Part shown: piece after piece, positions 42,182 to 52,251 of the stretch
How positions within the stretch are numbered: the stretch's first letter is position 1
How the letters are laid out: each line of letters opens with the position of its first letter
Source of the DNA: an uncultured Leptospirales bacterium
GTDB lineage: Bacteria > Spirochaetota > UBA4802 > UBA5550
Reading direction: 5' to 3'
Assembly (NCBI GenBank): GCA_964392365.1
Contig: CAYMPH010000010.1
Coordinates: 2,146 to 66,145, forward strand
Length of the DNA: 64,000 nucleotides
Notes under the pieces: generated by a model
Database searches by the model: none
What the model was told of the DNA's origin: nothing
Seen by the model: only the letters and a program-made list of their open reading frames with translations
Program-made: the position numbers and the translations under genes

Positions 42182-43042
42182 ATGAACTATTATACTGAAA
42201 AACCTGAAATAATATTAGATAATTTAACTGAAGTTGAGAAGTGGTTGATAGATATAAAAATCTCAATTACTGGAACTCGATTTGAAGAGATACTTAATTA
42301 TTTTAAATTAATAGTCAAATATAAACAAGAAACATCAATAGAAAATTTTATTAAAATCTACGGATTTGAAATTTATCTTTATACTATGAATGATGCCATT
42401 TCATTTATTGATATATATAAGGGATTTAGTATTAAAAAAGGAAGTTTACCAATAAAAAAAATACGTGAATGTATCAAAGGACCATTAATACCAAGAAATG
42501 AGATATTAGGAGATGCAAATGTAAATAGTCGTAATATATTTTTTGAATTAGAGTTATGTTCAAAAATGATTAGAAATGGTATTTCGATTACAGGTTTTAA
42601 TGATATAAATATTAACTTTGAATTTTACAACATTTTCATTGAATGTAAAAGATTATTAAGCCTATCAAATATATCAAATAATATTAAAATAGCTTATGAG
42701 CAATTAAGTAAAAAACTTTTACATAAAAATGATAGAGGTATTATCGCTCTTACTTTTGATAAAGCTTTTAACCTTGATGATAAATGCTATGAAGCATCAT
42801 CATTGAATGACATTGACATTCAATTAAATAATTTTGGTAATATCTTTATGAAAAATCATTCACATTGCTGGAATTCATTCTTAAATATAAAAATTATTGG
42901 AATAATTCTTTTAATTAAGTTTCCCGCAATTTTCGATGGGAAAATAATTAATTCGCAACAACTTTGTGTTATTTCGTTAAGAAGCGACACGAATGTAAGT
43001 GATAAAAATTTATTACACAGGTTTGCAGAAAAATTAACATAA
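42182..43042 (+). CDS. hypothetical protein
   Basis: 286 aa, directly downstream of the XRE regulator. Unknown function. Confidence 0.4.
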   Translation: MNYYTEKPEIILDNLTEVEKWLIDIKISITGTRFEEILNYFKLIVKYKQETSIENFIKIYGFEIYLYTMNDAISFIDIYKGFSIKKGSLPIKKIRECIKGPLIPRNEILGDANVNSRNIFFELELCSKMIRNGISITGFNDININFEFYNIFIECKRLLSLSNISNNIKIAYEQLSKKLLHKNDRGIIALTFDKAFNLDDKCYEASSLNDIDIQLNNFGNIFMKNHSHCWNSFLNIKIIGIILLIKFPAIFDGKIINSQQLCVISLRSDTNVSDKNLLHRFAEKLT

Positions 43043-43150
43043 AAAATTGAAACATTCATTTACTTCGAACAACGAAATTTTAAGAAAAGTCAAAAAGAAA
43101 CGGGGGTAAAGCAGATAAAAGAAGTCTTCGAGGGTGTCAGGTTATACCCT

Positions 43151-43813
43151 TCACAAAATATTGTCATAATTACTATAATTCCAATTCAATGTTATGTATT
43201 CCATTCCAGGATGTTTTTGTATTTTATTTATTATTGATTCCCGGTGAGCTGCTCCAATAAAAAACAAGCCTCTATTATATTTATGTTTTTCGCTATAACT
43301 GTAAATATTATTTATTATTTCAATTTCACGTTTTTCAATAACATCATTCCATAATTTATAAGTTTGGAATAATTTATCGTCATTTATTTTTTCTAACGCC
43401 TTTGTCATCGATTTATATAATTCATTTTGAAGGTTATTACAATAAATACTATTGAGATATTTAAAACCATACTGTCTTACATAAGATGAATGTGTATCGA
43501 TTAAACTTCGATATTCAAAACTTATAGTTTCTATTCGTTTATGCATATAGTCATTATCTTTAAAAAAAGATGCAGGTATATTAAAATAATCTACTGGTAT
43601 ATGCTCAATTTGATGAGTTTCTAAATACTTATTTATTGTATCCGTTTCTAAATTATTACGAGTTTTATCTTTATAATATGCATCATAAGCAATAGGAGGC
43701 ATTTCTTCAAATATTACTTCAGGATTTATTTTCCCAATAATTTTATACAATTCATAAAGATTACAAATACCACTTTCTTTGTGCACCGTACAAATTAATG
43801 TAATATCATACAT
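43151..43813 (-). CDS. hypothetical protein
   Basis: 220 aa ORF. Confidence 0.4.
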   Translation of the reverse strand: MYDITLICTVHKESGICNLYELYKIIGKINPEVIFEEMPPIAYDAYYKDKTRNNLETDTINKYLETHQIEHIPVDYFNIPASFFKDNDYMHKRIETISFEYRSLIDTHSSYVRQYGFKYLNSIYCNNLQNELYKSMTKALEKINDDKLFQTYKLWNDVIEKREIEIINNIYSYSEKHKYNRGLFFIGAAHRESIINKIQKHPGMEYITLNWNYSNYDNIL

Positions 43814-43943
43814 ATATTACCTTCAAACTGTAAAGAATTTACATTTTATATTTTTTTAAAATCCTACAGCATCTAATTCAACAGATTGACAGATTTTTTT
43901 TCAAAATTTAGATAATATCTTGTTATTTATGTTAACGCTCATA

Positions 43944-44696
43944 TTATCCTCTATATATTACAGATTTAAATCTATATTTTAATCTATGATAATAATGTAC
44001 TATTTTATTTTTTAATCGAGTTGCAGAGCTTTCAGTTTTTCTTTTATAGAATGAGACTATTTCAGAAATGATGTCATAAAACGGGTCTTTAAAATTTCGT
44101 TTATTATGTATAAAATAATCCGGACAAACTCGAAGTGCTGATAAATATTCGCTTTTAACTTCATCATGTGTCATAAACAAAATTTGTTGTGAAAGTTTCT
44201 GTATTCCCTTCGGAAATGAAGTTATATGTGCATTTACAATCTTTAGTAATTCATTGAATTTATCTTTGTATTCTTTTTCATTCAAGTGTGAAACTGGAGA
44301 CATTTCATATAAATTTACGTGCGTAATTTGTTCTATTCCGAATTCTAAAAATGAATTTGCTTCTTCAATTACTTTATTCATAAATTTTTTTCTACTTGAA
44401 AATGTTTTTAACCGATTTGGGTAAAAATTCTTGTAATTAAAATAAAACTCATCAATACTTGATTCAAGATATTTACGAACATATTTTTCTATTTCTTTGT
44501 CTTTATTTATGTACTTTAATTTACGTTTAAGAATAAAAGGATAATAATACAGCTCGTGGGCATATTGATAAACACTTTCAATAGCTTGCGACTGTTTATC
44601 ATTTTTCTTTGAAATAATGTCATAAATGATTTTAACAATTGTGACAAGAAGAGATAAAGCAGCAAGACAAATAGCAAAATCAATTTTGAAATTCAT
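43944..44696 (-). CDS. hypothetical membrane-anchored protein
   Basis: N-terminal TM helix. 250 aa. Confidence 0.4.
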   Translation of the reverse strand: MNFKIDFAICLAALSLLVTIVKIIYDIISKKNDKQSQAIESVYQYAHELYYYPFILKRKLKYINKDKEIEKYVRKYLESSIDEFYFNYKNFYPNRLKTFSSRKKFMNKVIEEANSFLEFGIEQITHVNLYEMSPVSHLNEKEYKDKFNELLKIVNAHITSFPKGIQKLSQQILFMTHDEVKSEYLSALRVCPDYFIHNKRNFKDPFYDIISEIVSFYKRKTESSATRLKNKIVHYYHRLKYRFKSVIYRG

Positions 44697-44767
44697 ATTT
44701 AATTACTACCCTTTCTATAACTAAAATAACAATTATGGAATATTTATTAAAAATTGTCGAATATACA

Positions 44768-45136
44768 TCACTTAACAATTTTCAAAATTTCATCTATATT
44801 CAGTTCAATCGTAGTATCTTTAGCCAGCGGAAAACTATCTGGTAACTTTGTTAAAATATTTCCCCATATAATATCGTTTTCGATTGACTCGACTTCAACA
44901 TCAACATAACCACCATCCGCACGTAAAACCGGTGAAGTAGAGATAAGAAAAAAGATTCTTATGATAACAACGTCGCCTTCATTCAGATTGGAAATATCAA
45001 TGTCATCATATTTTGGAAATTTATCCGGATAAAATCCCTTTTTCTTTGATTTGATTTTAGAGAATATATGATATCCGTTCTCTTCTAAGTCAGCGTTGAA
45101 CTCTTTATGTGGATTTAAATTTGTGGAAGCGGTCAT
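44768..45136 (-). CDS. hypothetical protein
   Basis: 122 aa ORF. Confidence 0.35.
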   Translation of the reverse strand: MTASTNLNPHKEFNADLEENGYHIFSKIKSKKKGFYPDKFPKYDDIDISNLNEGDVVIIRIFFLISTSPVLRADGGYVDVEVESIENDIIWGNILTKLPDSFPLAKDTTIELNIDEILKIVK

Positions 45137-45292
45137 ATATATTACCCTCGATTATATTAAACTAAACAACTCGTATATAAATAAAAACTCTATCATTTAT
45201 TTAATATAAGTTTATATTTTCAACATTCTATATAATATTCTTTCAATGTAAAATTTAATTTTGCCATTTTTAAGCAAAGGAAATATCATTAT

Positions 45293-46192
45293 TCACTCCT
45301 GAATTATATTCTTTTTCAAAAATTCTGAAATATCCATTAGTTCTTCATTTGTTACTATACCATCTTCATAGATTTTTTCTATTTTATCTGAAAGATTTCT
45401 AAGAACGGGTTCATTAGTTACAGGACAAAGAGTAAGCCATTTCTGAAGATAAAAAAGTTCTTTTGCATTTACTTCACCATCAGCAATAATTCCGGAACAG
45501 ATTCCTTGAAGTTCTTTTAAATATAGATTTATCTCTGTTTTACTTTTCTTTTTGCCTTCAACTTTTTTCTTTTCTGGTTCAGTAGTAATTCCTTTTATCT
45601 GCTCCAGGCATTTAATTACAGGTGTCTTCTTTGAAAAGTTTGAAATATTTTCAAAACCAAATATCCCTGCTTTCTCTAATCTTTCTCGGTAAACGGTTCT
45701 AAATAGATTCACAACACTTTCAACGTCATTAAATGCCTTATGAGACTTGCCGCTTGATAGATTAAATTTATTTTTTAAAGTTTCAAGCTGGTAATTTTCT
45801 GTTTCGTCTATTACTCTTCTTGCAAGAGTTAAAGCACAAAATCCTCTTTTACCTGTAACAGGTACCCCCAATCGGTTATATTCTGGTTCTAATACCCTGT
45901 TCCAGTCAAATGAAATGTTATAAGTGACTATTGGATAATCTTTTGCAAAATCATTAAATTCTTTGTGAGCCTTCAAAGGATTCTCACCGAGTTTTCTTAA
46001 ATATTCTCTTGAATATCCGTGGAGAGATTCGGCCATTGGTTCAATTTCAACATCGTGGTTTAAAAGTATTCTAAATGGCTCACCGGCAGGTTCCCAACCA
46101 ATCATTTTTTGAGCTGCAATTTCAACACAGTAAATAGGTAAGCCCAGCCCACTTGTTTCAGTATCAACAATCACCCAGATTTCCTGATTCAT
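45293..46192 (-). CDS. DEDDh 3'-5' exonuclease (DnaQ/RNase T-like) with a ~130 aa C-terminal extension
   Basis: Exo I VIVDTETSGL, Exo II YNISFDWNRV and Exo III HKAFNDVESV. Confidence 0.65.
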   Translation of the reverse strand: MNQEIWVIVDTETSGLGLPIYCVEIAAQKMIGWEPAGEPFRILLNHDVEIEPMAESLHGYSREYLRKLGENPLKAHKEFNDFAKDYPIVTYNISFDWNRVLEPEYNRLGVPVTGKRGFCALTLARRVIDETENYQLETLKNKFNLSSGKSHKAFNDVESVVNLFRTVYRERLEKAGIFGFENISNFSKKTPVIKCLEQIKGITTEPEKKKVEGKKKSKTEINLYLKELQGICSGIIADGEVNAKELFYLQKWLTLCPVTNEPVLRNLSDKIEKIYEDGIVTNEELMDISEFLKKNIIQE

Positions 46193-46539
46193 TGCCTTTT
46201 ACCCCCTGTCGAAGTGCTTTGGTTTACTTAATTAATTCAGTAAATAAAAACACAGTTTCCAAATTAACTGAATACCGTTAAAAACACTCTTTTATGACAG
46301 TATTGTCAATACTAATATATAATATTGTTAAAATTATTAAATGTAAGAATGAGGGTAAGAGAATTTTACAGAATTAATCAATTTTCCGCAGGGCAACCTA
46401 CAATATAGACTTCATCTTTTTTCTCATCTTTATAAGTAGCTACGCTGTTGATATTACTGCTGAATTTGCAGAGTATCTGGCCGTTAATATATTCCGTATG
46501 AAATTCACATTTTAAACATTTTTCAAGTTTCATTTTTAA

Positions 46540-46893
46540 TCACTCTAATGCAATTTTATATTTTAATGTATCAAAGCACATCTCAATTAATTCATATTCA
46601 AACCATTCTTCAAACATTTTAAATGAAATATTTTTTGGTAAATAATTTTCATCCATATACCAACCCCACAATTCGTGTATAAAAATATCCTTATATACCT
46701 TTTTTAGATGTTTGACAATCCCTTCCGGCGATACATCATCAAATTCTTCAATCATATACAATGTTCTGGTTGAATAAATGTTATCCTCCGGAACAATACT
46801 GTCATCGTAGTTATTCACCCAATCAACAAATGGTTTTTTAGGTTTGATTAACAAAAAACTTCTATTGCCGACAAATTTCATATCTTCATCCAT
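46540..46893 (-). CDS. hypothetical protein
   Basis: 117 aa ORF. Confidence 0.35.
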   Translation of the reverse strand: MDEDMKFVGNRSFLLIKPKKPFVDWVNNYDDSIVPEDNIYSTRTLYMIEEFDDVSPEGIVKHLKKVYKDIFIHELWGWYMDENYLPKNISFKMFEEWFEYELIEMCFDTLKYKIALE

Positions 46894-46908
46894 TTTGCTT
46901 TAATTTCT

Positions 46909-47472
46909 TCAATGATAATTTTTAAAACTTTTTTTAAATTCTATTGCACCTTTGATTTTATCATTTATATTGTTAAGTAAATTAATTTTTTCTTTGTTAG
47001 ATGACTTATTTACTATATCAGCAATAACATCTGGAAAAAATCTCATTTCATCATAGGACGTAGAAAGTAATATTCCATCAATGGTATATAAAGCCCTAAT
47101 AATAAATATTAAGAAATTTAATTCAAGAATCACAGAATCTATAAGAACTTGATATTCGTTTTCATTCAATAATATTTTACATTCATCTTTGCTCTTGTCA
47201 ATTTCACTAACAAATTCAGACAAGTCATCCGATGAATCCTGCCAGTTTGTAATTATCCCGTTTTCAAGGCAATCAGAACACTTCCAGATAATTTCTTCTT
47301 TATCCAGTTTTATAACTATATGCCCAGTACATTTTTCAAACCAACATTTTATTGCAGATGATATTTCCATATCCGGTTTATGAGCTGTTGCTGCCATTAT
47401 GATATGACTTACAGCTATAGACATTCTTGATACAGGATAAGTTTTGTTATTTTTCATTATTTCTTGTTTCAA
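46909..47472 (-). CDS. hypothetical protein
   Basis: 187 aa ORF. Confidence 0.35.
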   Translation of the reverse strand: MKQEIMKNNKTYPVSRMSIAVSHIIMAATAHKPDMEISSAIKCWFEKCTGHIVIKLDKEEIIWKCSDCLENGIITNWQDSSDDLSEFVSEIDKSKDECKILLNENEYQVLIDSVILELNFLIFIIRALYTIDGILLSTSYDEMRFFPDVIADIVNKSSNKEKINLLNNINDKIKGAIEFKKSFKNYH

Positions 47473-47779
47473 TCATAAAGTGAGTAAAAACTTTAAAAAC
47501 AGGCTGTTCGTTCTCTTTCCCATATAAACCAAAATGAATTCCCTTGTTATAATATTCAAATGTTTTAACACCACCGTTGTCTTCAAGAATTAATTTTTCA
47601 TATTCCAAAGGCATTCCCAATGATTTATCTCCAAAAACTTTTGATACTTTAAAATTTTGATTCTCGTTTAATATCAATAAAACTTCAGGAGGTACATCAT
47701 TTTCATTAAATTCTATTAATGTAAGGTTATCAATATCTTTCAAGTTGCTTATCATTTTATGAATGTATTTTATTTTCAT
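47447..47779 (-). CDS. hypothetical protein
   Basis: 110 aa ORF overlapping the upstream gene end. Confidence 0.35.
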   Translation of the reverse strand: MKIKYIHKMISNLKDIDNLTLIEFNENDVPPEVLLILNENQNFKVSKVFGDKSLGMPLEYEKLILEDNGGVKTFEYYNKGIHFGLYGKENEQPVFKVFTHFMIETRNNEK

Positions 47780-48018
47780 TTTCTCCCAACAATTTTAAAT
47801 TAAATACCGACAAAGCACATTATTTCACTTTGCCGGTATTTTGCAATTTCATTTTTTAATTCTTATTGAAATATTTTATGTATCTAAAAAATCCCACTCA
47901 TCGCCAAGCACCCACCGTAGAGCAGATAATTTTCCGTTGACCATCCCCCAGTTGAAATCATCCCAAGGACCGAGCTCGCCTGCTTCCTGAACATTTTTGA
48001 GTGTCTTATTCTATGTGT

Positions 48019-48459
48019 TTAAGAAATGTAAAAGTGCCCCTCTTTGCACATATTTATAATATTCTGTATTGCAAAAATATATCGGTCTAAATATATGAAT
48101 AATTTTTCATTACTGTAATCGTTATCGTTGAACGCATCATCAATAGTTGAATACCATTTTTCATATTCTAATTTAGGAGTTTTTTTTGTGAGATTTGCAT
48201 AATGCATATCTTTTATCGCTGACTCAAGTGCTTCTCCAAGATTTGCTGCATCATCTTCAGTTACCATCTGGAAATCATTGCTCCAATAATTACCATCCCA
48301 TACAACATTTTCAGGTTTATCTAAATAACCCCAAACGGTACCTGCAGGTTTCCATCCGTAATTTTCTGCTAAATGTAAAATAAGTGGCCATATTCTGAGT
48401 TGCAATAAAATTTGTTTCTCGTGATTAAAGCTTGTTTCGTTGTATAGTTCATAACCCAT
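48019..48459 (-). CDS. hypothetical Trp-rich protein
   Basis: 146 aa ORF. Confidence 0.4.
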   Translation of the reverse strand: MGYELYNETSFNHEKQILLQLRIWPLILHLAENYGWKPAGTVWGYLDKPENVVWDGNYWSNDFQMVTEDDAANLGEALESAIKDMHYANLTKKTPKLEYEKWYSTIDDAFNDNDYSNEKLFIYLDRYIFAIQNIINMCKEGHFYIS

Positions 48460-48523
48460 TTTTTTTTACCGTTCCTTTATATTATAATATATTATATTAA
48501 TTGTTACGTATTTTTTCGTGTTC

Positions 48524-49036
48524 CTATAGTATTGTTTCAAAACAAATAAATTTTTTATCATCATTTAAAAAATTTACTTTTTTATTTTTATCTAAAGCAC
48601 TCTTTGAAACTACAAAACATCCAGCTTCATAAGGCCCAAAAAAGTCACAACTTGCTAATTTTTCTTGAGGTGCTGTTAACGATATTGTTTTTATATCTAT
48701 TGAATCTTTTGGCTGATTATAACGAATAACATCTGCTTTTAATTGAACTGAAAAAACTTTTACCGGCTCCCCAAAAAAAATCCAGTTGAAAATAAATTGA
48801 TTTTCATCTTCGTAAGTTAAAGGAATATGAAAAACTCCAAATGAGCTAATAACATTTAAATAAAAATTATATCTTACATATTTTTTATCTTTTAATGTAT
48901 TAAAATCTTCATTTGCAAATATGACGTTAACTCCCTTATAAGCAATTATTCCTGTTTTCCCTTTTTTAAGAACTTTTCTTTTTGTTTCTTTTTTCTTTGA
49001 GTCTTTTACTTTTGATTCTTTAGAATTGATAGCCAT
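48524..49036 (-). CDS. hypothetical protein with a Lys-rich N-terminus
   Basis: 170 aa ORF. Confidence 0.35.
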   Translation of the reverse strand: MAINSKESKVKDSKKKETKRKVLKKGKTGIIAYKGVNVIFANEDFNTLKDKKYVRYNFYLNVISSFGVFHIPLTYEDENQFIFNWIFFGEPVKVFSVQLKADVIRYNQPKDSIDIKTISLTAPQEKLASCDFFGPYEAGCFVVSKSALDKNKKVNFLNDDKKFICFETIL

Positions 49037-49176
49037 TGAAGGCCCTCCTAAAATTTATTTAGATTCGTATTTAAATCTATGATATATTATATGTATTTTA
49101 CCGGAAATTAGTTTGACAAATAAATCATACCCCAATAAAATCAAACCTGAAATGTAAAATCAAAAGGTGTTTACTC

Positions 49177-49911
49177 GTGGCAAATAAAAAAAATTCAAAC
49201 AAAGCAAAAGAAAGGTTTAAGTTTCTTCAACTTGCAAAACAACTTGGAAATATTTCTGAAGCCGCAAAACAATGTAAAGTAGACAGAAAGAGATTTTACA
49301 TTTGGAGGGAAAGATACAAACAATATGGTATTAAGGGGCTTGAAGATAAACTTCCTACCGGAAGGAAACCGCAATTAAAACAATCGGTTATAAAAAAAGT
49401 AATCAATATTGCAGTAACAAAACCATATAACAGCTCAAGGGATATAGAGATAATCCTAAAAAAAGAAAAGATTTATCTGAGCAGGACCTCAATACAGGGT
49501 ATTCTAAATGAGAATAAACTTGGAAATTTAAAGTTAAGATGGCTTATATATGGGGAGCATCGTTTAAATAATGGTCTCAAATTGTCACTTGAAGATTTGA
49601 AAAAATTAAGTTTTTATAATAAAAAAAAATATTCCAAACTTTATAAAAAATTACTAAAAGAAAAAACAGATGCAGAAAAACTAAAAAAGGAAAAACTTTT
49701 AAAGAAGGAACAGAAAAATCAAGATAGAATAAATAAATATTTACATAAAGAAAAAATGGCTATCTACTCAAAATGGATTCTTTTTAGTCCGAAGAATAAT
49801 CCCTCTTTAAGCAAAAATCATATCCGGTTTCTTTTTTATAAAGAAATAAACTTCAACTCGCAACATAAGGAAATTCAAAAATATGTTTTTGAAATGATTA
49901 ATGATTTTTGA
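49177..49911 (+). pseudogene. IS630/Tc1-like transposase N-terminal HTH fragment fused to a degenerate Lys-rich tail (likely an inactivated transposase)
   Basis: FLQLAKQLGNISEAAKQCKVDRKRFYIWRERYKQYGIKGLEDKLPTGRKP resembles the transposase HTH. No DDE catalytic region follows. Confidence 0.35.
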
Positions 49912-50227
49912 GAAAATATTTCGATTCTTTTATTTAACTTCTTCCAGAACATATTCAAAACTGCTTTTTTCTTTCTTATCAAAAATAAATAATAACTAAT
50001 ATAATATATCAACCATAAAATGAATAAGAAGTCAGTATTACTTTTTCCCAATAATAATAATACATTAAACATCTATAAGCCAAAAGTATCTAATTCTTTA
50101 AAACTCATTAATCTGTAGCTCCTATTGCGTCTGATGGCATTTTACAAGTTAATTCTTTTAAAAAGAAAACTATTTGTTCTTATTATTAAATCGCTATTTC
50201 CTTTATCAATTAGTTTCAGAACATAGA

Positions 50228-50277
50228 ATTATCCCTAAACATAATTGATATATTATATTAGTTATTATTATATTTTT
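50228..50277. repeat. ~50-bp direct repeat, copy A (attatccctaaacataattgatatattatattagttattatt...)
   Basis: 42/42 identical, plus ~8 more with one indel, to 52153..52200. Confidence 0.8.
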
Positions 50278-52094
50278 GCTGATTTAAGATATAATTGCAA
50301 ATTAAGTTTTAAATTTTTTTTAACAACAGAATAGGAATTTTCCTGTAAATTTTTATCAACAAACTTAAAAGTAAATTGTTCTGAAATATGAGTTGGAACA
50401 TAAGTTGCTCCTGATTTATATTTATAAATATCAAAAAGTTCTTGAATAATATATTTTTTTGCATCATATAAGCTAATTGTAAAATTATTTTCTTTTTTAA
50501 TTTGCTTAAATTTCTTTATAGAACCAAAGTAGAAATAGTTTTTTGCAAAAACATCTCTAACTTCATTATGTGTTTTTGGAATTCTTGTAAAATTACTTTT
50601 CCTTTGATAGAGATAATTACCGAAAAATAACATCATTATTCCTGGCAATTCATCTAACCATTTCTTTTTCCAATCTACTCTTTTTATATGCTTTTTTACA
50701 ATAACATTTGAAACTCTTCTGATAAGTTTTGAAATATCTTTAACAAAACGGGTATTATCAAAACTAATATCTTCTTTCTTTGTATAAGAAGAGTTATCTA
50801 CTGCGTTTTTCCCAAACTCATAAGCTTTCTTCCATTCATTTTCAAAATCTTTTGTCAAGTCTCTTGAACCATTGTTACAGGATTTTAATATTGATTTAAA
50901 TTTTTCCTTATTTCCTTTTACGTGTCTATAAAGTATAGCAGCTTTGCCTTCTTTATAAAGAATTTGGTATTTTTTCTTTCTTCCTATTTTCATATTTTCA
51001 ATAGAAAAATTTGAATTAGATGATATTTTAGATGATTTTGTGAAAACATCTATTCCCCAGTTCCAGTTGTTCCAGTTTGATTTTTTATTTGAAGATTTTT
51101 CTTCTGGATTAACTGCTTCAATTACTTCAGGAGGAGTTGCTGATTCTTTTACAGATTTCTTTGCTTTTTCTTTTTTTGCATCTTCTTTTTCTTTCTTTGC
51201 TTTTGCTTTTTCTGAAACTTCAGCTAATTTTGATAAATCTACAGCATTTTTTTTAAAATCAAAACCCTTTAGATATTTAGCCAAGCCAGTAAAATCTTCA
51301 TAAATAATAAAATCACCATTTTCATCAAGATAGCCATTATGATATTTCAGGGAGAATGGAAGCCTCTGTGTTCTGTTTTCAATTCTGAAATCGCAGGATA
51401 AATTCTCCGCAAGTTCAAAAAACTCATCAAGTAGATGTAACAGCTCAGAAGAAGGAACTTCATTTGTTCTAAATATAGCGTGAATATGCCCTTCAATGGA
51501 GATTCCGTAATACATTGGAAGTTTATTCTGGAAATATTTTTTTCGCAGCCTTTTAAATATCTTATGCCCATTTTCCATATCAATATCGATTTGAATCATA
51601 GGGAATTTAAGATTTTGCGATAATCCGACTGTATTAAACAAATTTTTTGAATAGCTAAATACTTTACGGGTTTTATCATCAAAATTATTCCAGAATTTCT
51701 TTAATTTATTATATACTACAGGCTTGGAATATAGAGATAGCAATTGCTGTTTGATTCTATTTTCAATCGATTCAGGTGGAATTTTTCTTACAATGCCATT
51801 TTTTTCTTTTACCCTATAAAGATTTAATTCCACTTTAAGCCAAGCTGGTTCCAATTCATAACCTTCTTTTGTTGGTTTTGATTTATATCTAAAGCGGTGC
51901 ATATATGTTGTTCCTTGATTAAAATCAAATCCCAATAATTTCAGAGCAAGAATAAATTTAGAAAAACACCTATTTGTATCTTTTCTAATTTTATCTCTCA
52001 TTTCTTTATTATCCTGGGGTATTATTGCTTTGAATTTAAATAATTTTTTTACAGTTACCTTGCTGTTCCTTTTATTTACTGGTTTCTTTTTCAT
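50268..52094 (-). CDS. putative archaeo-eukaryotic-primase (AEP)-like replication/primase protein
   Basis: 608 aa with QIDIDMENGH (hhhDhD-like), GISIEGHIHAIF (sGxHhH-like) and a Lys/Glu-rich linker. This is a motif-level call only. Confidence 0.35.
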   Translation of the reverse strand: MKKKPVNKRNSKVTVKKLFKFKAIIPQDNKEMRDKIRKDTNRCFSKFILALKLLGFDFNQGTTYMHRFRYKSKPTKEGYELEPAWLKVELNLYRVKEKNGIVRKIPPESIENRIKQQLLSLYSKPVVYNKLKKFWNNFDDKTRKVFSYSKNLFNTVGLSQNLKFPMIQIDIDMENGHKIFKRLRKKYFQNKLPMYYGISIEGHIHAIFRTNEVPSSELLHLLDEFFELAENLSCDFRIENRTQRLPFSLKYHNGYLDENGDFIIYEDFTGLAKYLKGFDFKKNAVDLSKLAEVSEKAKAKKEKEDAKKEKAKKSVKESATPPEVIEAVNPEEKSSNKKSNWNNWNWGIDVFTKSSKISSNSNFSIENMKIGRKKKYQILYKEGKAAILYRHVKGNKEKFKSILKSCNNGSRDLTKDFENEWKKAYEFGKNAVDNSSYTKKEDISFDNTRFVKDISKLIRRVSNVIVKKHIKRVDWKKKWLDELPGIMMLFFGNYLYQRKSNFTRIPKTHNEVRDVFAKNYFYFGSIKKFKQIKKENNFTISLYDAKKYIIQELFDIYKYKSGATYVPTHISEQFTFKFVDKNLQENSYSVVKKNLKLNLQLYLKSAKI

Positions 52095-52152
52095 TTTATT
52101 TTCCTATTTTATTGTATTTTAAATTCTTTCTGCTCAATACTCTAATTAAATT

Positions 52153-52200
52153 ATTATCCCTAAACATAATTGATATATTATATTAGTTATTATTTATTTT
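52153..52200. repeat. ~50-bp direct repeat, copy B
   Basis: See copy A. Confidence 0.8.
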
Positions 52201-52251
52201 TTTAAAAAATAAAAAAGCAGAAAGGGAATTATCCCCCTCTGCCTGGTTTTA

